Source of the DNA: a virus
Lineage: Duplodnaviria > Caudoviricetes
Length of the DNA stretch: 60,367 nucleotides
IMG/VR virus record: IMGVR_UViG_3300032770_000024
Coordinates: 1 to 60,367 of that record
Reading direction: 5' to 3' (one strand)
The notes under the pieces are model-generated. The model made no database searches and was not told the origin of the DNA. It saw only the letters and a list, made by a program, of their open reading frames with translations. Both the position numbers and the translations under genes were made by a program. Positions 55,766 through 60,367 of this stretch are shown piece after piece (the stretch's first letter is position 1; each line of letters begins with the position of its first letter).

Positions 55766-56959
55766 ATGAAAAAACTTCTTAGTCTACTGCTTGCGGTGCT
55801 GCTCTGCGGCCCTGCCCTGGCGCAGGGTGTTGTCAATCAACCAGCGGTCTCTATTTACAGGCCGGGGATTGCAGCCAACGGCGGCACCGGCAACAACATC
55901 ACCCTCAATGGCACAACCAATATCACAGGCAGTGCCAGCAATGCCGTGACGCAGCCGCCAGTGGATAACACCACTCGCCTCGCCACAGACGCTTTTGTGC
56001 AGTCCCTGTTCGCCGTCACGCGATCCACCGTCTATCTCTCGGGTGTGACGGGCGGGACGATGAGCTTTGCCTCGATCGGCACGGGGGCGGCGTTCAGCTT
56101 CACCGCGACGGGCGGCGTTATTACGTCCATCGATTCCATATTCGCGGGCGGCTCCGGCTATAAAGTCGGGGACGTGCTGTACATCCCGCGCGGCAACTAT
56201 GACAACTACATCAGGGTCACGGGCGTTTCTGGCACCGCGATCACGTCGGTCCAAATCCTGAACGGTGGCACAGGGAATACGAGCGGCCTCGACGTTACCG
56301 CAATGGCGGCTATCGAAGCCCCGATCATCTACAACGTGAGCGGCACGCTTACCTCTAACTTGCAGGTCATCGCCTCCAACGGCGCAGTGCTGGGCTATTC
56401 TGGCATCTTCCTGCTCATCAACAACACGACCGGAAACTATACCGAGAGCGTCTGCATCAGCAATGGCTCCGACGCCTGCAATGGCAATGGCTCCGTCAAC
56501 ATCCCACAGGGCAGCGGAAATAGCTGCGCGACGCTGACATATACGGATGGCTCTACGCCATGGCTGGTGGCTCCTACGGAGTGCGGGGCGGCGCAGTTTG
56601 CTACCAGCAACGTGACCTCTGCGTTCTCCCTCAACGGCGTAAAAACTATGAGTGCTACCGCGCCGACCATCTCAAGCGGATTTGGAACCGGAGACGCCAT
56701 TTCCCAGGCAAATGGAACAGCCGCCTTTGCCGATACGGTTGGGTCATCCCCCGGATCGACGGCCACATTTACGATGCCCGCTGCGGCTAATGGTTGGGAC
56801 TGCTCGGCCTATGACCAAACTACAAATACGATCTCTGTGGTGCAGAGTGGGCAATCTTCTACAAGCATCACGCTAAAAACCTATCTTCGTACATCTGGCG
56901 CAGCAACCTCCCCTAGCGCGAGTGACATAATCCAAATCGGGCCTTGTATTGGGCATTAA
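55766..56959 (+). CDS. Signal-peptide-bearing fibre-like protein
   Basis: MKKLLSLLLAVLLCGPALA leader; DNTTRLATDAFV fibre motif; C-terminal domain shared with 53909-54958. Confidence 0.7.
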   Translation: MKKLLSLLLAVLLCGPALAQGVVNQPAVSIYRPGIAANGGTGNNITLNGTTNITGSASNAVTQPPVDNTTRLATDAFVQSLFAVTRSTVYLSGVTGGTMSFASIGTGAAFSFTATGGVITSIDSIFAGGSGYKVGDVLYIPRGNYDNYIRVTGVSGTAITSVQILNGGTGNTSGLDVTAMAAIEAPIIYNVSGTLTSNLQVIASNGAVLGYSGIFLLINNTTGNYTESVCISNGSDACNGNGSVNIPQGSGNSCATLTYTDGSTPWLVAPTECGAAQFATSNVTSAFSLNGVKTMSATAPTISSGFGTGDAISQANGTAAFADTVGSSPGSTATFTMPAAANGWDCSAYDQTTNTISVVQSGQSSTSITLKTYLRTSGAATSPSASDIIQIGPCIGH

Positions 56960-56999
56960 ATAGGCGGCACGCCTTCAATCGCACCGCAAGGAAATCAGA

Positions 57000-57353
57000 A
57001 TGGCAAATTATCCAAGTCCAACCTTCAACAATCTAACCTTATTGGGTTCATTTTCCTACACGCCACAGGGGGCCGGTTTGGGCACAGATCACAGTGAAAA
57101 TCCACCCGCGCCATTGACCGTTCTGGCTAGCGGCACAGTCTCTCATCCCGGCGCTCTTTATGTGATGAACCAGAGCGCTGCCACTATTCAGATTTGGCTT
57201 CAAGGCGCAACTGCACCTATCTTGCTCGATCCCGGCGCTGGTGCAGACCGCCAAGGCGGTGATTGGTCTGCTGTTATAAACATGCCGTGGTTCGTTGGAA
57301 CATTTACGATCAACGGCGCTTCTGGCTCCCAGTTTTACGCCAACAGCAATTGA
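57000..57353 (+). CDS. Small virion/tail-associated protein, allele B
   Basis: 116/117 aa identical to 116-469. Confidence 0.85.
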   Translation: MANYPSPTFNNLTLLGSFSYTPQGAGLGTDHSENPPAPLTVLASGTVSHPGALYVMNQSAATIQIWLQGATAPILLDPGAGADRQGGDWSAVINMPWFVGTFTINGASGSQFYANSN

Positions 57354-57358
57354 GGAAC

Positions 57359-59239
57359 ATGATGATTAGGAAATTCCTCCGCACCCTGGCTGCTGCTTCT
57401 ATCGCGGCGATAGGCTTTTCTGCGCCGTCATATGCGGGCTACCCGCCGACGCCATATCTTCCAGCGATGCAGGATGTGGGTGCGCCGACCAGCTGCCCGT
57501 TTATCATTATCAATTCCGGTCAGAGCAATGCCGAAGGGTTTGACTATTCTGGCGGCTCATACACCCATACTTTGGGCACGAATATCCTCACAACAAACGC
57601 CAACATCAACAGCACACCTACCTCAATTATCACCGCAGCGTACGGCACATATCCGTGGAACCAAACGACCAGCGCCAACGGCGGGTCAACTTCGACGCCA
57701 AATCTCGTCTATGTCAACCAGGCTCTCTCGTTTGCGACATACCTCCGTAACAGCGGTATGATCCCGGCGAGCCGTCCAATTCTCGTCGTGCCAAATTGGT
57801 ACGGCAATCAGTCGATTTCGGATTGGGTTGATATGACGCCGATCGACATGTGGACGCCGCTGACCGCCTCCATGACGCTGGTGGAGAATACCTATCCAGG
57901 CTGTCCGATTAATGATGTGATTTGGGATCAAGGAGAGTTTGACAGCACAGCCTCAGCGGGAAGTAATTATAATTCGTTTTCTTTGTATCAAGGAGCTTTC
58001 ACTCGTCTGATTGCTCAATATCAGGCGCTGCCAGGCTGGTCTACACAAACGCGAATGCAGGTCGTTGAGCTTGCTCCGTTTGCTGATAACCCCGAACAAG
58101 CTCGCAATGATTTCCTGCGCACATTGCAAAACGGCCAAGGCAGTTCCGGTGTCGAAGGCAGTGCGGGCGCATATCCGTTCATCACTTTTGTCTCTGGCTC
58201 AGGGTTGGTCGAAAGCACCCAGAACCCGCAGGAACACTACGACGGCTACAGCCAGCAGACACTTGGGCAGCGCATTTTCCAGGCATGGGCGCAGGGGCGG
58301 GTTTTTGGCTCATATAGCGGCGCGGTAACAAGATACGGCTCGACCTATGCCTTCCCGAACTTCATCACACTGACAAGTGCAGGTGCGGCTCTCTCTCCTG
58401 ACCAAATCCGTACCGGGGCGCTGGTCTCGGTTGGCGGCGGCACTGTGACGCTGCCAAATCCTGCGAGTATGCCGCTGACGTTTCCGCCGATCATCTTATC
58501 TGCTCAATCTGGCACCACGACAACAATTTCGACGGGAGGCACGACGCAGGTTGATGGCCTTGGGATCGCGGCGAGCTTCAACATCTACTCCGGCGATACC
58601 TACGAGGCTGTGATGCAAAACGGAACCACATGGCTTTTCAAAAAGCTGTGGGGGACGGGAGGTGGTGCCGGTGGGCCTGGATTCTCCGCCTACGTTGCAG
58701 GCGGCCTATTGAGTGGTACAGTAAACCTACCATATGCTCAGACGTTAGGTGGCACCTATACGCTCAATGGGGCCACGATGACTATCACTACCGGCAAAGG
58801 GAGTATCTTAACTTTAGCAGATCAAATCGCAGCCTCTACAGTAACCACCTCAACCGGTAGCTTCGAGTTTCCGAACGGTTCAACCTCTAGCAGCTTAACG
58901 CTACAGCCAGGGCAGACGGCCAGCCTTGCATCTGGTTTCGCAACAGCCAGCAATGCGCTTTATACATACGTCACCTCTATCACCCCCCTCACCGCCGTTT
59001 CCGCCAGCATCGGCGGTTCGTCACTGTCGGCGGGCGCTTGCACCAGCGGCGCGGTTACGGTCAACGGCGCCTCGGCTTCCTCGGGCCTGACAGTCAAGGC
59101 CACGCCGAACACCGACCCTGGCGCGGGCTTTACGTGGGGTGCATTTATCAGTTCGGCCAATACGGTGACCGTGCGCGTGTGTGCCATTGCAGCGGGAACA
59201 CCTACCGCGTCCACGTATGATGTGTCGGTTAGTTACTGA
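57359..59239 (+). CDS. Signal-peptide-bearing tailspike-like protein with SGNH/sialate O-acetylesterase domain (allele B, 626 aa)
   Basis: GQSN (block I), WDQGEFD (block III), EHYD..SQ..LG.R. Confidence 0.75.
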   Translation: MMIRKFLRTLAAASIAAIGFSAPSYAGYPPTPYLPAMQDVGAPTSCPFIIINSGQSNAEGFDYSGGSYTHTLGTNILTTNANINSTPTSIITAAYGTYPWNQTTSANGGSTSTPNLVYVNQALSFATYLRNSGMIPASRPILVVPNWYGNQSISDWVDMTPIDMWTPLTASMTLVENTYPGCPINDVIWDQGEFDSTASAGSNYNSFSLYQGAFTRLIAQYQALPGWSTQTRMQVVELAPFADNPEQARNDFLRTLQNGQGSSGVEGSAGAYPFITFVSGSGLVESTQNPQEHYDGYSQQTLGQRIFQAWAQGRVFGSYSGAVTRYGSTYAFPNFITLTSAGAALSPDQIRTGALVSVGGGTVTLPNPASMPLTFPPIILSAQSGTTTTISTGGTTQVDGLGIAASFNIYSGDTYEAVMQNGTTWLFKKLWGTGGGAGGPGFSAYVAGGLLSGTVNLPYAQTLGGTYTLNGATMTITTGKGSILTLADQIAASTVTTSTGSFEFPNGSTSSSLTLQPGQTASLASGFATASNALYTYVTSITPLTAVSASIGGSSLSAGACTSGAVTVNGASASSGLTVKATPNTDPGAGFTWGAFISSANTVTVRVCAIAAGTPTASTYDVSVSY

Positions 59240-59282
59240 TGCCCCTTGCTCAATTACAACCCAGTCATGTAGAAAAGATAGC

Positions 59283-59393
59283 ATGAACGCCACAACCGGA
59301 ACCGTAGTCGGGACATCTGGGGCCAGCACAATATTGGTCACCGTGTTTGTCTGGCTGCTATCTCTGCGCGGTATCGGAGCGCTGTTGGAGTGA
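59283..59393 (+). pseudogene. Truncated copy of holin-like gene 2637-2870
   Basis: Homologous for 31 codons, then unrelated sequence and a stop. Confidence 0.7.
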
Positions 59394-59459
59394 TTGCCTA
59401 TTTGGATATCTATTGGTGGGGACTAAAAAGAAATATAAGACTCTATTAAGGAACCAACT

Positions 59460-59678
59460 ATGTCTGAGACTGCCCCCTCCACCTCCACATCGACCCCCGC
59501 CGAAACCCAGATCAACCTCATTGCAAGCATCAAAGCAAAGATTGTTGCGGAGCTGGTTGAACTGGAGTCTGCTGCAAAGATCGACCTCTCTAAAGCCAAG
59601 GCCGAGATCCTCAGAATCGGCACGGAAGTTGAGGGATTTGGCGCAAAGATCGAAGCATGGCTGAAGGCTCACTTCTAA
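59460..59678 (+). CDS. Helical hypothetical protein
   Basis: AAGGA RBS; ends IEAWLKAHF. Confidence 0.65.
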   Translation: MSETAPSTSTSTPAETQINLIASIKAKIVAELVELESAAKIDLSKAKAEILRIGTEVEGFGAKIEAWLKAHF

Positions 59679-59929
59679 ATCCGAATCCCACCCAGAGTCC
59701 AGCCCCTCGGCTGGGCTTTTGGTCTGGACTTATTGCAGGTCGGGATGGGAATCCCGATGAGGCCGCTATAGCGTTTCTGGCTGGCGTAGTAGCGATTATT
59801 GGCCTTAAGACTTTCTCCGTCATCTGTCCCGGCCATGACTTCAATGCAGCAGAATTCTCAGCCGGGTATGGTGGGCTGCTGAGCTTCTATAATGCCTCCA
59901 AGGGCGTATTGGGGAGGCTCGGAAGCTGA
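59657..59929 (+). CDS. Holin-like membrane protein
   Basis: Hydrophobic segments; TGATG coupling to the next gene. Confidence 0.55.
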   Translation: MAEGSLLNPNPTQSPAPRLGFWSGLIAGRDGNPDEAAIAFLAGVVAIIGLKTFSVICPGHDFNAAEFSAGYGGLLSFYNASKGVLGRLGS

Positions 59930-60367
59930 TGCTCTCCATGGCCCTCCTTGCCCTTACAGGCGGTCTGCTGTGGAGGCTGGGGGGAGGGGCTGCCACCACC
60001 ATCACAGGGATAGATCTAGGCACTGATCCCGCCAGGCTCCTGAGGGCATTGCTGGCCTTGATCTTCCTCACCGCCTTGTGGTGGCCCTATGCTCTCGCCC
60101 TCTTGGTGGCGCTCTTTGTGGGAATCTGCATAGGGGGGTGGGGTCCCTTCCAAGGTATGGGCCTTCCGGCCTTTGGCAAACCAGAATCTAGCTGGAAAAG
60201 ATGGCTGCCAGAAGTACTTGGATTCCCGATCGGTACGATTGCCCACGATTTTATCGGGATGGCGGAATCTGGCCTATCTTGTATGGCCCCTATGATTCTT
60301 GTTACGGCTGTTCTTGGACACTATGCGGCAGTAGGCTATCTCGCCTGCCTAGGCCTTGGCTTTGCGC
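59929..60367 (+). CDS. Multi-pass membrane protein, 3'-truncated by the window end
   Basis: MLSMALLALTGGLLWRLGGG... open to the end; GGAGG RBS. Confidence 0.65.
   Translation, partial: MLSMALLALTGGLLWRLGGGAATTITGIDLGTDPARLLRALLALIFLTALWWPYALALLVALFVGICIGGWGPFQGMGLPAFGKPESSWKRWLPEVLGFPIGTIAHDFIGMAESGLSCMAPMILVTAVLGHYAAVGYLACLGLGFA

Noticed and set aside
475-59239. Diversity-generating retroelement or invertible shufflon behind the variable tail gene
   Set aside because: No reverse transcriptase or invertase; differences between repeats are synonymous rather than adenine-specific; repeats are direct

Overview
The window is an essentially complete ~56.9-kb tailed phage genome with a podovirus-like gene set, no recognisable integrase and GC-rich sequence. 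It is followed by ~3.4 kb of an alternative allele of its tail/lysis region. Bases 1-127 are identical to 56885-57011 and then diverge, which is what a k=127 assembly fork would produce: the circle closes at 56,884 bp and 57012-60367 is a second version of the hypervariable locus. Plus-strand late genes run from 39096 through the junction to 11552: terminase, portal, scaffold, major capsid, two adaptors, nozzle, tail/appendage proteins, GNAT-like proteins and ejection proteins. Minus-strand early/replication genes (38291 to 11481) include a UvrD helicase, a Cas4-like nuclease, an AAA ATPase, a ParB-methyltransferase fusion, a Tad2-like protein, a split UDG-exonuclease/PolA with an intein, and a DUF3987-like ATPase. 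Two plus-strand islands (lysis cassette; small nuclease) interrupt this arm. The most notable observations are: (1) five tail-module proteins with Sec-type signal peptides and even cysteine counts, implying periplasmic folding, one of which is a swappable cassette with recombination scars; (2) a dispersed, oriented 13-9-13 palindrome family with a compensatory change, one copy inside a coding linker; (3) a polymerase whose proofreading domain is split across two genes; (4) unannotated basic and membrane micropeptides. All family names are from motif recognition by eye, not database searches.
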